Below the pieces are notes generated by a model. It searched no databases. It had not been told where the DNA came from and saw only the letters and a list, made by a program, of their open reading frames with translations. From Gekko japonicus (lineage: Eukaryota), in the NCBI RefSeq assembly GCF_001447785.1, contig NW_015160305.1, forward strand, positions 111,258 to 175,257: DNA of 64,000 nt. Reading direction: 5' to 3'. Positions 24,901 to 36,300 of the stretch are shown here, piece after piece (within the stretch, counting starts at the first letter, position 1; the number at the start of each line of letters is the position of its first letter). Position numbers and translations under genes: made by a program.

Positions 24901-26928
24901 CAGCGCCTTGTTAATCGTACATTTGTAATCGGCGCATAGTCGTATGGACCCATCTGATTTGACAGGGGTTACGATCGGGGTCTCCCATTTGCTGTATGGT
25001 ACTGGCTCTAAAACCCCTTGCTCAACTAGTTTGTCAATCTCTTTTTCCACCTTATGTTTGAGAGACACAGGTACTTTCCGATACTTCAACCTAATAGGTT
25101 TGACTGACGGATCTAAGTCAAACGCAACCGGGGGGCCCTTGTACCTTCCCAACCCTTCGGCAAATACATCAGGGAACAGGTCGTACAGCATGCCCCATTT
25201 ATTTTCAGACATCCTGTTAATCCCAGAAATACCGATGCCCAATGGCTCAAACCAATCTAACCCTAGCAGGTTAACCCGGTCTCCCTCTGCAATCAGGAAT
25301 GACAGTTTAACACATTTCCCCTTATACTCAACAGTAACAGAGTCCCGTCCGGCCAAGGGAATTCGGTTGCCCTGGAAGTCGGACACTCTGGTTCCCGCAG
25401 GCTGGAGCCGCCGCCGGCTTCGGTTCGGGAACAACTGGCGCCAGGACGCGGCAGAAATCACCGTCACGGACGATCCTGAGTCCACCTCCATTGTACAGGG
25501 TCGGCCGTCGAGGAGTGGAGTCACGGTGATCTTGCCCTGGCTGCTGGTGCGATTTACGGCCGATGCGCTCGACAAGGTCGCCGTCAACTGGCAGCTTGCT
25601 TCCGATGCTGAGGAACGGGTCTTGCCTTGGGTGCTGACTGGAGTGCCCCTCTGCGCTGACCGGTTGTTAGTTGAGGGATCCTTCTTCGCTGATCTGCAGA
25701 CTCTGGCCAGATGACCACGCCGCCCACACGCTCTGCAGTCGACATCACGAGCCCAACAGGAGCCGCGCTGGTGCTTCCCGCCACAACCGGAGCAAGGCTT
25801 GACGTTGGTAGTCTTCGCTGGGGTCCGCTTGCCTCGAACCGCGTTGACGTCATCATCCGCGTCTTCGCCCTCGCTGTCTCGTTGAGCGTGTATACTGGGC
25901 TCTGCCACCCGCTGGCGGACCTCCTTCGTGGACTTCTCCGCTGCTTCCGCGGCCACGGCCTCTTCGTAGGCCACTGCCCAGGTCAGGGTGGTGCGGGCGA
26001 ACAGCCTCTGTTGCAGCCTTTCATCTTTGAGACCGCAGACGAGACGGTCTCTGAGGGCTTCCTCCACGTTGTGGAAATTACATGGCCGTGCGGCTTTGCG
26101 AAGGGCCGCCACGAAATCTGCGATGGTCTCGCCTCCGGCCTGGTTCCGCTTGTAAAAAGCGTGCCGGCAGGCGATCTCCGACGGTTGTGGAGAATAGTGA
26201 GCCTTAAGCTTCTCCGTGATGTCAGCGTAGGTGACAGTCTTTATATCAGTTGGGGCCACCAACGACCTGGCTATGTCGAAGGTCCCCTTCCCGCAGGAAC
26301 TCAGGAGGCATGCTCGTTTCTTCGCCTCATCGGTGATGTCGTGGGTCTCCAGATGGAACTCGAACCTGGACAGGTAGGAGTCCCAGTCTTCTGAGGAGGG
26401 TTCGAAGCACTCGAACTTCTGGCTTCCAGCCATCGGGGGAGACTTGGGCACCGGAGCTGGTGGCGCCTCCGCCGGATCGGCTGCTGTGCTCTGCTCGCTT
26501 TCTTCCGAGTCCGAAGTGTGGATGTCCGCAGGGCTGCCTACCTGCTCTAACATCCCACCTTCGTCGCCAATTGTTAGATCGCGCTAACAAAGGACTCTTA
26601 GAGTGATTCAGCAAGTGATTCAGCTTTATTGGAAGTAACGAGCAAGCACTAACTCAGTAAGAAACCAGAACAGAAAACAGTGGGAGCTTATGCTCCTTTT
26701 AAACATAACCGGGCTAATGTAGCCACGCCTATTTACAAATAACAACCAATGAGATTGCTTGGATAAGGGCCAATGGGAGTCTTTCCCTCCTAGGGAATGG
26801 TATCGTTCTGATTGGTCGCTGTTACGAAGCGACCAATAGGAAGTTCGCTCAGAGGAGCCCTGGTCTGGCTCGAAGCTTAACATGGGAGTCCTATGAGGTG
26901 ATTCATGTAATCATTTCAATACATTACA
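21955..26928 (-). mobile_element. Full-length Ty3/Gypsy (Mag-like) LTR retrotransposon in intron 1 of IRG gene 2
   Basis: 357-bp LTRs at 21955-22311 and 26572-26928 (TG..CA, 5 mismatches), TSD AATTG, tRNA-Ser-type PBS at 26552-26569, PPT at 22312-22326. Confidence 0.97.
22387..26553 (-). CDS. Gypsy Gag-Pol polyprotein, 1388 aa, single uninterrupted ORF
   Basis: Two zinc knuckles (CSGCGGKH..C, CRACGRRGH..C), protease VDSGS, RT YFDD, RNase H (DAS..TDHKPL), integrase HHCC and D,D-E (IDFAG, SDNG, AER). Confidence 0.95.
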   Translation of the reverse strand: MLEQVGSPADIHTSDSEESEQSTAADPAEAPPAPVPKSPPMAGSQKFECFEPSSEDWDSYLSRFEFHLETHDITDEAKKRACLLSSCGKGTFDIARSLVAPTDIKTVTYADITEKLKAHYSPQPSEIACRHAFYKRNQAGGETIADFVAALRKAARPCNFHNVEEALRDRLVCGLKDERLQQRLFARTTLTWAVAYEEAVAAEAAEKSTKEVRQRVAEPSIHAQRDSEGEDADDDVNAVRGKRTPAKTTNVKPCSGCGGKHQRGSCWARDVDCRACGRRGHLARVCRSAKKDPSTNNRSAQRGTPVSTQGKTRSSASEASCQLTATLSSASAVNRTSSQGKITVTPLLDGRPCTMEVDSGSSVTVISAASWRQLFPNRSRRRLQPAGTRVSDFQGNRIPLAGRDSVTVEYKGKCVKLSFLIAEGDRVNLLGLDWFEPLGIGISGINRMSENKWGMLYDLFPDVFAEGLGRYKGPPVAFDLDPSVKPIRLKYRKVPVSLKHKVEKEIDKLVEQGVLEPVPYSKWETPIVTPVKSDGSIRLCADYKCTINKALQQHSYPVPVISHILASLGGGKIFAKFDLAQAYQQLPVTPEAAEAQTIVTHQGAFKVNRLQFGVNVAPGIFQGLMERLLRGVPGTVPYFDDVLIAGGSEQELLDRVKEVLRRFQNAGLRVKRSKCTLGVESVDFLGFRIDAEGVHPTDEKVSAIQNAPRPVSKKELQSFLGLLNFYHAFLPHKASVAAPLHALLHKEAKWKWGQAEEKAFVGVKELLTSNAVLTHYDEHKLLVLAADASPFGVGAVLSHLMPDGSEAPIAFYSRSLSAAERNYAQIDKEGLALVAAVKKFHDFIFGRRFLLVTDHKPLLGIFAPDKQLPNIMSPRMLRWAIFLQAYDFDLEHRPGKAIGHADALSRCPVPDIGADPAPACEVLAIEELPRPPVSSRDIAAHTAKDSVLSRVLNWVWRGWPVGSVEPEFGPYKSRQNELSISKGCVLWGNRVVVPDKLRTRVLESLHEGHPGMVHTKALARGYVWWPGLDKEIEEWVRGCPKCQQVRPDPPQATPQGWESSGKPWARLHIDFAGPLQGQMFLIVVDAMSKWLEVVHMKSTTSLAVIHALRRLFATHGLPDVIVSDNGPQFVSEEFRLFLTSNGIRQMTSAPFHPASNGQAERMVRTAKEALGKMDEGDWSQRLGSFLLLQHTTPCSATGRSPAELLMGRRLTTRLNRMHPDLTEEQSERTTAQPKVRMFEKGDKVFARNYANGHLWLPGVISDSVGTRMYVVQLADGRIWRRHIDPLRRRWARDSADSPTADSPDVEWRPPEQAVSTERPGTVPESGQNPVCGAEIPVEFVPEPGCSEPHSDSQPCVSIEPAPLRRSQRTRQMPTYLKDYECNKVFWNS

Positions 26929-27597
26929 AATTGTGTTTAGCAGGGTTTTTTTTGCTCCGATTTGTTTTGCAACCAGCTACAATATACCAACAAATCACTT
27001 TTTGGTGATACATCAGTTTGGTATAGTGGTTAAGACCACGGACTCTAATCTGGGAGAACCGGGTTTGATTCCCCACTCCTCCACATCCAGCTGCTGGTGT
27101 GACTTTGGGTCAGTCACAAGTTATTTCAGAACTGTTTTCGAAAGAGCAGTACTCTCAAAAGAGGTCTCTCAGCCCCACCTACCTCCCAGGGTGTCATGGG
27201 GAGGGGAAGGGAAGGGGATTGAAAGGGGAGACTCCTTTGGGTAGTGAAGGGCAGGGTATAAATCCAATCTCCTCTCCCCTCTCCAATGTCCTTATTGTTT
27301 TGTCCTTCCAATAGGCTGTCTTCTAGTGAGATTGTCTTCTGGTAAGCTGCTTTGGATGCAAGATTCTTTTTGAAAAGTAGGGTATAAATACATTTATGAA
27401 TAACAATGGGAAAGACTTAACGCATCTGTTAAGGATTTGTTTTTCTACCCAAGCAGTCTAAAGTAAATTGTCCCTCCCATACAAACACACAACGGAATCC
27501 AGATTGTCAGAGTAAAATGTGATGGGAGCATTGTACGGAGGAGTTAACACAGTATTTTTATTTATTTTTCAGGCCAACTGAATCTTCAAGAAGAGCC

Positions 27598-28256
27598 ATG
27601 GGTGGGAGAAGTTCGACACAAGTAAGCAGTGAAGCTGAAGAGAAGTCTGCCAAGGAACAAGGAAACTTCTCAGATCTAACTGCATCAGGAAAAGCCACAC
27701 TTGACATTGCCATCACGGGACTGACAGGTGCTGGTAAATCGTCCCTTGTCAATGCCTTGCGGGGTCTATCAGATTTTGAAGATGAGGCAGCCCATATTGA
27801 TGTGATAGAAGGAACAACAGAGCCAATAGGTTACCTGCACCCCACCATTCCAGATGTCACAATATGGGACCTACCAGGAATTGGGACACCTGATTTTAAA
27901 GCTAAGGAATACCTGGAAAGAGTAAATTACAGCCAGTATGATTTCTTCATAATCGTTGCTTCAAATCGCTTCACCGTCTACGACATCCAGCTGTCCCAGG
28001 CAATTCAGAAAATGAAGAAGCAGTTCTGCTACGTGTGGTCCAAAATGGACATCAGCATTAAGAATGCCAAACTGCATCCAGACTTCAATGAGGAAGCAAC
28101 CCTTCAAAAAGTCAGGAAATATTGCCTGGATAATTTGGTGAAGGCTGGTATTTCTTCTCCGGAGATTTTCCTAATTTCCAGTTGGTTTCAGGAAAAGTAC
28201 GATTTCCCCCTCCTGCAAAGGACTCTGAGGAGACATATCTTGAGACCAGCTGACAA
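27598..28256 (+). CDS. IRG gene 2, coding exon A: myristoylation motif plus G domain only
   Basis: Acceptor TTTTCAG| at 27572, MGGRSS, GLTGAGKSS, WDLPG, WSKMD; phase-2 donor AA|GTATGT at 28256 (unspliced stop at 28287). Confidence 0.9.
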
Positions 28257-29975
28257 GTATGTTGGGTTTAATCAATTCTTGATTTGATTTTCTTTGTGTA
28301 TGATTAAAAGTGTGCCTAAAAAAATGCAGACCTGGTTTGAGGGTGAAGGAGGGGGCAACTGCATGGATTAGAATTCACTATTTTTTGTACCTTTACCCCA
28401 GTTTAGAAGGCTGCACAATACTTTTAAGCATAGGTATAAGCAGGGCTATATTTGGGCAGGAACGCACGGGAACGGAGTTCCGGCTGGCTTCAGAGTTGGC
28501 CACGGCCAATACAGCCAAAACGTCTGTGCATGCATGGGTACAGAGGGAAGGCCTGGAGAGTGACCCCCCTGGCGACTCCAAGGTGGGCAGGCCAGCCCCC
28601 CCCCGGAAGGATCAGGGAGGCATTTAAATGCCTCCCCATGCCTTCCCCAGCCTGTCCAAGGGCCGGCTTGCCCGGATGCCCCACAACCACGGGGCGCCCA
28701 GGCAAGCCAAGGAAAGACATGGGGTGTGGCCTAATATGCTAATGAGCTGTGTGTCAGGGTGTGGCCTAATATGCTAATACGTTTCTGCTGTTGGCTGTGG
28801 CCTACTATGCTAATGAGTTTCTGCTGGGCTTTTTCTACCAAAAAAGCCCTGGGTATAAGTATATTATGACAATCAAATATATTCTATATATTTAGTACGT
28901 ATAAATACACTAAATGAATTTAAGTCCCACTCTCATATGGCAAAATCAATGCACCTTTCTTTTCCCTCACCAGGTTTTGTGACTGCGGATTGGTGAAATG
29001 ACCACGGGTGGAAAGAACAGTTATGACTCTCTTTCCCAGGGAGTGGCTCTAATCCCTCTGGGGCTGCATTTTAGGGTCAGAAAGAATTTAGGACTAGGGT
29101 TCCAACCACAGAATCACATCTCTTTTTGATGCAGAAAACTGATGAACAGAGTTCCAACTTTATCTTTGGATGCATTTCAGCATTATGCAGAAGGCTGCAA
29201 CAATTGCAGGATCTCTGTAGACCTACTGTGAATCTCTAAAACCGATTCTATTTTGAAGGGCACCTGGTGGTTGCATTGGATTTTTCTCCCGATAAGATCC
29301 CTGTTCTGGTGGCTTTTCTGATAACTGTTGATGGTTGTTGTTATTGCTAGATTCAGAGGTCATTTCCAGCAGGAGCACACAGGAGCGGAGTTCCGGCAGT
29401 AAAGAGCCCAGGGGGCGGGCACATGCAACAAGCCCCACCCCCTGCTCCCAGCAGCCCTCAGTCAGAGCAAGAAGCAGCCAAGTAAGCTGCAGAGCCCCCC
29501 CCCAGCCCCCCAGTCCAAAACAGGCCAGTGGCACCTTTAAGACCAAGTTTTATTCAGGTACAAGCTCTCCCTCCTCTGTGAGGACAGATCTGCACATCCC
29601 CCCCCAATAGCTAGCAATCCAAAACAGTCCAGTGGAGCCTGAGCGGTGGGTGTTGCCTTCTGACACACTTCCGGTGATGTCAGAGGATGTGACATATGCA
29701 AAAAAGTTATGCTAATGAGCTCCTGCACCTTTTTTTCCCTACGAAATGACCCCTGGCTAGATTTATTGCTGTTTGTTACTACTGACATCTCTCCTGCTGG
29801 GCTGCTGCTACCTCTGGTGGTTTCCTGTTCTTAGGTTTTTAAGGATGGCAGTCTCTTTCAGGTTTTTAAAACTTTTATCTGTAAGCAGCTTCAAGTACTT
29901 GTTTAATAGACAGGTGAGGGTAGGAACTTCCTAAAACTTCCTAAAGAGAGTACATATTTCTTTTTTGTTTCTTAG

Positions 29976-31194
29976 ATCAACCAAACCATCCAAAGAAAGT
30001 GGAATCCGTTTTATCTTCCTCCAAAAAATCTTAAAAATCGACCTTTCAAAGCTGAGGGATAAACTGATGAACAGAAATCTTGAGGAGGTGGCTGAGGAAA
30101 TTCGTCAAGAATTGGAGGAATTACAAAATGCCAAGCTTGACATTGCCATCACAGGAGTCTCGGGTGCTGGCAAATCATCCCTTGTCAATGCCCTGAGGGG
30201 CATGACAGATTGGGAAGAAGATGCATCTGAGGTTGGAATAACGCAAACAACTATGGAGTGTCAAGCCTATCCACATCCCTTATTTCCAAACGTAACCATA
30301 TGGGATCTACCAGGGATTGGGACCCCTGAATTTAGACCAAAGGATTACCTAGAGAAGGTCCATTTTAGCCAGTATGATTTCTTCATGATTGTCGGCTCAG
30401 AACGTTTCACTGAGAATGACGTCCTCCTGGCCCAGGAAATTAAGAAAATGAAGAAGAAATTTTACTTTGTGCGCTCCAAAATGGATGACAGTATGGCTGC
30501 CGAAAGTAGGAATCCAAACTTCGATATGGACACATCCATTCAGAAGATACGAAAACATTGTTATCATGAACTGACAAAGGCAGGAGAATCTAATCCAAGG
30601 GTTTTCCTCATCTCCAGGCGAGATTTGAGTATGTATGATTTCCCAGATCTGCAAGAAACCTTGGAAAATGACCTGGATGATCTCAAGAGACATGCCTTAA
30701 TTCTGGCTATGCCCCTTTTCTCCAGAAAAATCCTGGAAAAGAAAAAGGCTGCTATGCATGCCCTTATATGGAAACTTGCTATTGTATCCAGTGTTATCGG
30801 GGCGATTCCTGTCCCAGGACTTTCTTTGGCTTGTGATCTTGGCATCTTGGTAGCAGCGCTGCTCCGTTTCTACAAAGTCTTTGGCTTGGATGAAGAGTCC
30901 CTCCGCAGAGTTGCAAAAGTGTTTGGCAAAGATTACCAAGTGCTAAAATCTGCTATCAAAAAGTCTCCCATGTCTAGTGAGATTACGCGCAAATTTGTAG
31001 CTGGCCTTTTGGCCCGGTCATTGCTTTGGGCCAGTGTGAGAGTAATAGAACTGGTCTTGGATTTTGTACCAGTGTTGGGGTCTCTGGTTGGAGGAGTTAG
31101 TTCCTTCGTCACCACATTCTTCATGCTGAGGAGTTTCCTGAAAAATATTGTAGAGGATGCAGAGAATGTTCGGGCAAAAGCTACTGAGCCTTGA
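29976..31194 (+). CDS. IRG gene 2, coding exon B: complete IRG GTPase
   Basis: Phase-2 acceptor TTTCTTAG| at 29975, no ATG at ORF start, all G motifs and C-terminal helical domain present; AATAAA at 31705-31710. Confidence 0.92.
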
Positions 31195-33298
31195 CCATCA
31201 TGATGTTCCGTCACAAAAACCCAAGACACCAATTGGGAAAGGAATCTCAGGTGTAAAATGTGTTGAATTATTCACAGGACCAGAACTCAAGAATGAACGA
31301 ATAAGGAAACTGGATTTGAATATCAGATGAGAAGGTTACTTTTTTTTAATTGACCCCCAATATAATTGAACGTTTTAGTATGAAATAACAAAAAAAATAT
31401 TCTGTCTAGATGGTTCCAGATCTGAAGCCTCCTTTCCCCCTCCCTGCTGGTCCAAAGAGCCATTCAGGGCCTCTGAAGAATTGCAGGCACAGCACAATTC
31501 AAATCAGAATTTTCTCTTTTAAAAAGATACACGCTAGCTAATAGTATGTTTTTGTGACCTTCCTTTGCCTGCTTTGCACAGCAGCCCTTAGTCTGTGACA
31601 AGCTTTTTACCATAAATCATCTGTAGCCAGCATGGCCATGGCAAATATAACACATTTTTGAACTTTTACTCCTTTGATTTCAGTACCAGTCTTTGCATTT
31701 CATTAATAAATCTAACTTCTCATTCAAGTAAAGTGTGTGGTCTTCTGATTCAAGGGGGGGGGGGGTTCGGCTTAAGACTCTCTCCTGCCACACATTAACT
31801 CCTGGGTTCTCTCAGTCAAATTCAGGTTTTCAGGGCATTTAGGGAAGTGGGTGATTGAAGACTCGAATCTCACAGAGTGGCTTCTCACTTGGATCTGTCC
31901 CCAGTAATCTATGCCAGTCTGGCTGTTCCATAGCTCTCTAGGTGGAAGCAGGCTTTGGTTTGGGTGCATTCAGGGCCAGAGGTAAAGCTGAAGTCCTTAG
32001 ATACCCATCAAATCCCATTTCACAAATTAATCCATGGCGTGCTGGGGAGAGGGGTAAAGATTCTTTGAAGAACCCCAGGGGCACGACAAATGTTCCCACT
32101 AATTTAACTGGGGCAGACAGTAGTTCATCTGGCCGATGATGCTCTTGGATTACTCTTAGCTTGCTCTTTAGCAACAGTTATTATTCTTATTAGTATTTGT
32201 ATCATCAGCACCACCCTCATTTATAGCCTTCCTCTCTCACTGGGGCTCAAGGCAGATTACAAAATTCGATCAAAGAGCACATATCTCTAATTGAAGCAAA
32301 ATACCAGTGCAGTGGGCTAGGACTGAAGAGCTGCAAAAAGATGCAGAAAAACCCACAAACAAAAAATGCAGTAGATTTCGGCAAAGGACTACTGAAGGCG
32401 ACACAACTAAGGGTGCCGTCTGTAGGATACCTGTGACAAGAGCCAGGTCAGGAGTCAGGGGTTGCCAGGACCCCGCTGACCACTGATGGGGGATGGGGAG
32501 GTAGGATCCAGATTGGGAAACGAGGGCAATTAGAGTGGGCGAAGGTGGCCCCAAGGCCAAGCGCTTGCCTCTCCCCCCCCCCGCGCCCACAGGAGCCAAA
32601 GGCAAGGCTGCTCTCAGATCCAAGCCCCTGTTTAGCCTTGCCTCCCCCCCCACCTGCCCAAGCCACCAGGAGTGCCAAAGGCAAGGCTGCAGCTCCACCC
32701 TCAAAAACCCTGCTTCCCCCAGGCACTGTCCCCAGTCCTCCAGGAAATTCCCAAGCCAGAATTGGCAACCTTGCCGTATTAGAACCAGACATGGAACTAA
32801 AGGAGAAAGCCTCCCTTCGTGGGGAGGGGGGGGAGTTGATTTGGGATGGTTCCGAGCATTGTTTGGGTCCTGAGATATGTGAAGTCTGGCTCAGAATTCA
32901 GGCTGTTCATGCATTTCTCTGATGCTTATCAGCCTGGAAGGCGGACACTCCCCCTCCCTGCTGCTCACAGCCTTTTCTTGTCAGGGCAGCCGCTGAGAGG
33001 AAAACGAAAGCTAAAGGCCGCTCTTGGCCTAGGCAGCTTCTATTTCTTGTAAATCAGCTGACTGAGCAGCCAAAGTACAGGGAGGAGGAGTAAACAAGGC
33101 GGCATTCATGAGGGAGTGAACAAACAGTTTAGCTGGATTTCCTCGTCCAGTACACAGCAACAGTTACAGAGATGGCGACATAACCCAACCATATTTTAAC
33201 TATATCAAGTATAAAGTAATTATATTAGCATACATACCTAATGCTTAAGAGTATATTATTGGACTGATTTTGGCCCCAGTCTTGTCTTTTGTATATAA

Positions 33299-33645
33299 GG
33301 TAAAGGTTTCCCTCGCTCGAAAGCCAGTCGAATCCGACTCTAGGATTGCGGTGCTCATCTCCGTTTCAAAGCCGAAGAGCCAGCGCTGTCCAAAGACATT
33401 TCCGTGGTCATGTGGCCGGCATGACTAAACACCGAGGCGCACGGAACGCTGTTCCCTTCCCACCGAAGCGGTCCCAATTTATCTACCTGCAATGTCTTGC
33501 TTTCGAACTGCTAGGTTGGCAGGAGCTGGAACTAGAGACGGGAGCTCACTCCGTCATGTGGCAGACTCGGGTCTCGAACGGCTGAACTACAGACCTTCCA
33601 CAGCCTGCAGTTCAGCGTCTTAACCACTTGAGCCACCGCAGCTCC
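33299..33645 (-). mobile_element. Sauria-type SINE (second copy at ~37302-37620)
   Basis: GGTAAAGGT...GTGGTCATGTGGCCGGCATGACTAA...TTCCCACCGAAGCGGTCCC, recognisable Sauria SINE body in reverse. Confidence 0.7.
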
Positions 33646-34964
33646 TGGTTTGTATATTGGGGAAGGCCAGTTCAGAGTTGCCCCTGGGCAGCCCTCAGAT
33701 GGAATCTGTGCCCTCCCGATTCCTGGCACCCCTTTGCTATCTGTTTCGGAGGCTTTGGAAGGGCCTTAGCAACACCAGGCGCAACATTTTGACTGATGAT
33801 GAAATGAGTTTGTTCCTCGGAGCCCTTTGCAATGCAAACTGAGGCCTGGCTCATGAAAACATTGGCTGGGATACATTTTGCCAGCCTTTGAATTGCCCTT
33901 GGACTCCTGTTTGCTAGAGGCCGGAGAGGCAGCCGGCAGGGATGCCAGCCTCCAGGTGGGACCTGGGGATCCCCCAGAATTACAGCTCGTCTCCAGACTG
34001 CAGAGAACAGTTTCCATGGAGAAAATGGTGCTTTGGAGGGTGAACTGTAGGGCACTGCACCCCAATGAAATCTCTGTCTTCCCCAGGCTCGACCCCAAAA
34101 TCTCTAGAAATTTCCCAACCTGGATCTGGCAACCCTATCCTCCTTGGTGGCCAGGGAGGAGCTGGCAACACTATGTGAATGGCCTCAGTCGAACACTCCC
34201 CCCCCACACATGCAGCTGCTGGTGTGACCTTGGGTCAGTCACAAGTTCTCTCAAAGCTGTTGTTGCAAGTGAAGGGCGGGGTATAAATCCAATCTCTTCT
34301 TCTTCTTCTACCTTTTTCTCCAGGGAAACTGACCCCTGTTGTCTGGAGAGGTGAAGTGTCATTCCGAGAGAGCCCCAGGCCCCACCTGGAGGCTGGCAAC
34401 CCTAATTAGTCCATCCAGCCCAATAGCCATTTCGCAGTGGGGAACTTTCTGGTTTCCCATTCATTCACTCCAAAACTCCCCCTGGAAATGGGGCAACCCC
34501 ACCTCACAAAGATAGGCTGACAACACGAGCACTGATTCCTATTTATTCATTAGTGATGCCATGTCAACCTCCAGGTGGCGGCTGGGGATCTCCCAGCATT
34601 TTAACGGGACTTCAGGTTTCAGGGATCAGTTCTCCTGGAGCAAATGGCTACTGTGGAAGGTGGACGCTTGTCTATGGCATATGTACCATATGGAAGTCCC
34701 TCCCCGGGTTCTCCCCTCCCCATCTCCATGAATTTCCCAACCCAGACCTGGCAATCCGACTTCATATGCACCTCTGCCCATTCCCATGTGTAGAAAGGGT
34801 GCTCAGAGGGACTGGGAGAGGCAAGCAACACCCTCTTATCCCCCCCCACACACACACGTGTCTCAGCCTTGATAATTCCTTCTATCAGAAGCTGACCAAG
34901 TTAAAAATGAGAACACCTTGAGGAAAAAGGGGGAGGCAGAGTTTTGTTTGCCTTTACCCACGTG

Positions 34965-35165
34965 CAGTGCTCCCTCTAAGCTGTGGAGTCCTGTGAGCAA
35001 AAATTCCACTTCCTAAACTACCGAAATTAAAGTTGTGAACAGGTGATTTGGCTACTGGAGTTGGCTCTGGAGCCATCCTCCCGGAGCTAAGACAAAAATG
35101 GGTGAGCTGGAGGCTAAAAAACCGTGAGCTAAAACTCACACTAACTCAGTTTAGAGGGAACACTA
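34965..35165 (-). mobile_element. hAT MITE copy 4
   Basis: Same TIRs, imperfect TSD CCCACGTG/CCCACACG. Confidence 0.85.
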
Positions 35166-35849
35166 CCCACACGCTTCTTTTCCTGGATTACAAAGCCCCC
35201 CTCCGTTTGTCCTGTCAATTAATTTGCACATGAAGAAATACTCCCGGAATAAACACCTGCCGTCGCCTCCCTCTTTGTAAACCCGTGTATTCATTTTGTT
35301 TCTCTTGGGCCTGGCTGTATTTTTATCCCCCTTTCCAGCTCTGATTTCCGACTGGATTCAAGCGGGAAAGGTAGATCCAAAATGATCTTCCGAAGCAGGA
35401 ACGGGTGGGGGCTCCTCAGGAGCAACCAGAAACCCCCCCCCCCGACTTAAGGCAAAGGCGGCGCCCCCAAGTGCTGCTGCTGCAGCTCACCCCCCACCTC
35501 TCCTTTAAAGTCTTCCTTATCTCCAGGCCCTGACTGGAGGTTGGCAACCCCATAATTGGTGGGCGGGGGGGGGGCAGAAGGCAGCCTCGCCTAGTATACA
35601 AAAAAACCTGGAGCCGGCCCTGCTTCCCCACTGATTCTTTGGACCCTTGACCGACAATGAATACGATGTTTCCTTTTTGGGATATCCCCCCCCCCCAAAA
35701 AAAAATAATCATCAAGAACGGCACTTGAGGAAGCCTCCTGTGAACAGAATGGCTGTTCTCTCTCTCTCTCATCTCCTTTCCCCCCCACGGGGTCCCAACC
35801 CTGACGTTGTCCTCATTTCCCCGTTTTACCCTCAACAACAACCCTGCGG

Positions 35850-36300
35850 GGAAGGCTCGGCTACCAGCTCAAGGTTACGCAGAGAGCTTCCACGGCAGGC
35901 GCGAAGCCTGGAGTCCAGCCCACAGTTAGGCGCTCGGACCCCTTCGCCACGCCGCCGACCTCCCTAACTTCCATCCTCCCGGGCGCGACGCGAGAACGGA
36001 GATACTTTCGCTTTCGCTCTCCGCCTACCCCGGGCTTTTACGGCTACCAAGAAGCGCAGGGAAGGCAAGAGGGGCTTCGGCAAGTGGGGAGGGAGAAGGA
36101 GAGGAGAGCGCCCACCGCCAAACCCACCGCCCACCCCTTGAATTCGCGGCCCCCCCCCCAGATCCTCCTGGCAAATTGGGCTGGTAAGCAGACTTCGCTC
36201 GCTCGCTCTTCTTCGCCTTTCTCTGCGTTTCCGCGGCCGCCGCCGCCTCCTCTTGCGCGCTCAGCCTTCGCCCAGGAACGGTTTCAAGTTGAGCCCGAGG
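35850..36300 (+). promoter_or_regulatory. CpG-island candidate promoter and exon 1 of IRG gene 3 with ISRE/IRF-E
   Basis: CpG-rich; ACTTTCGCTTTC at 36004-36015; donor CTG|GTAAGC at 36183/36184; CAGGAACG|GT at 36280 resembles the unit 1 and 2 exon end. Confidence 0.5.
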
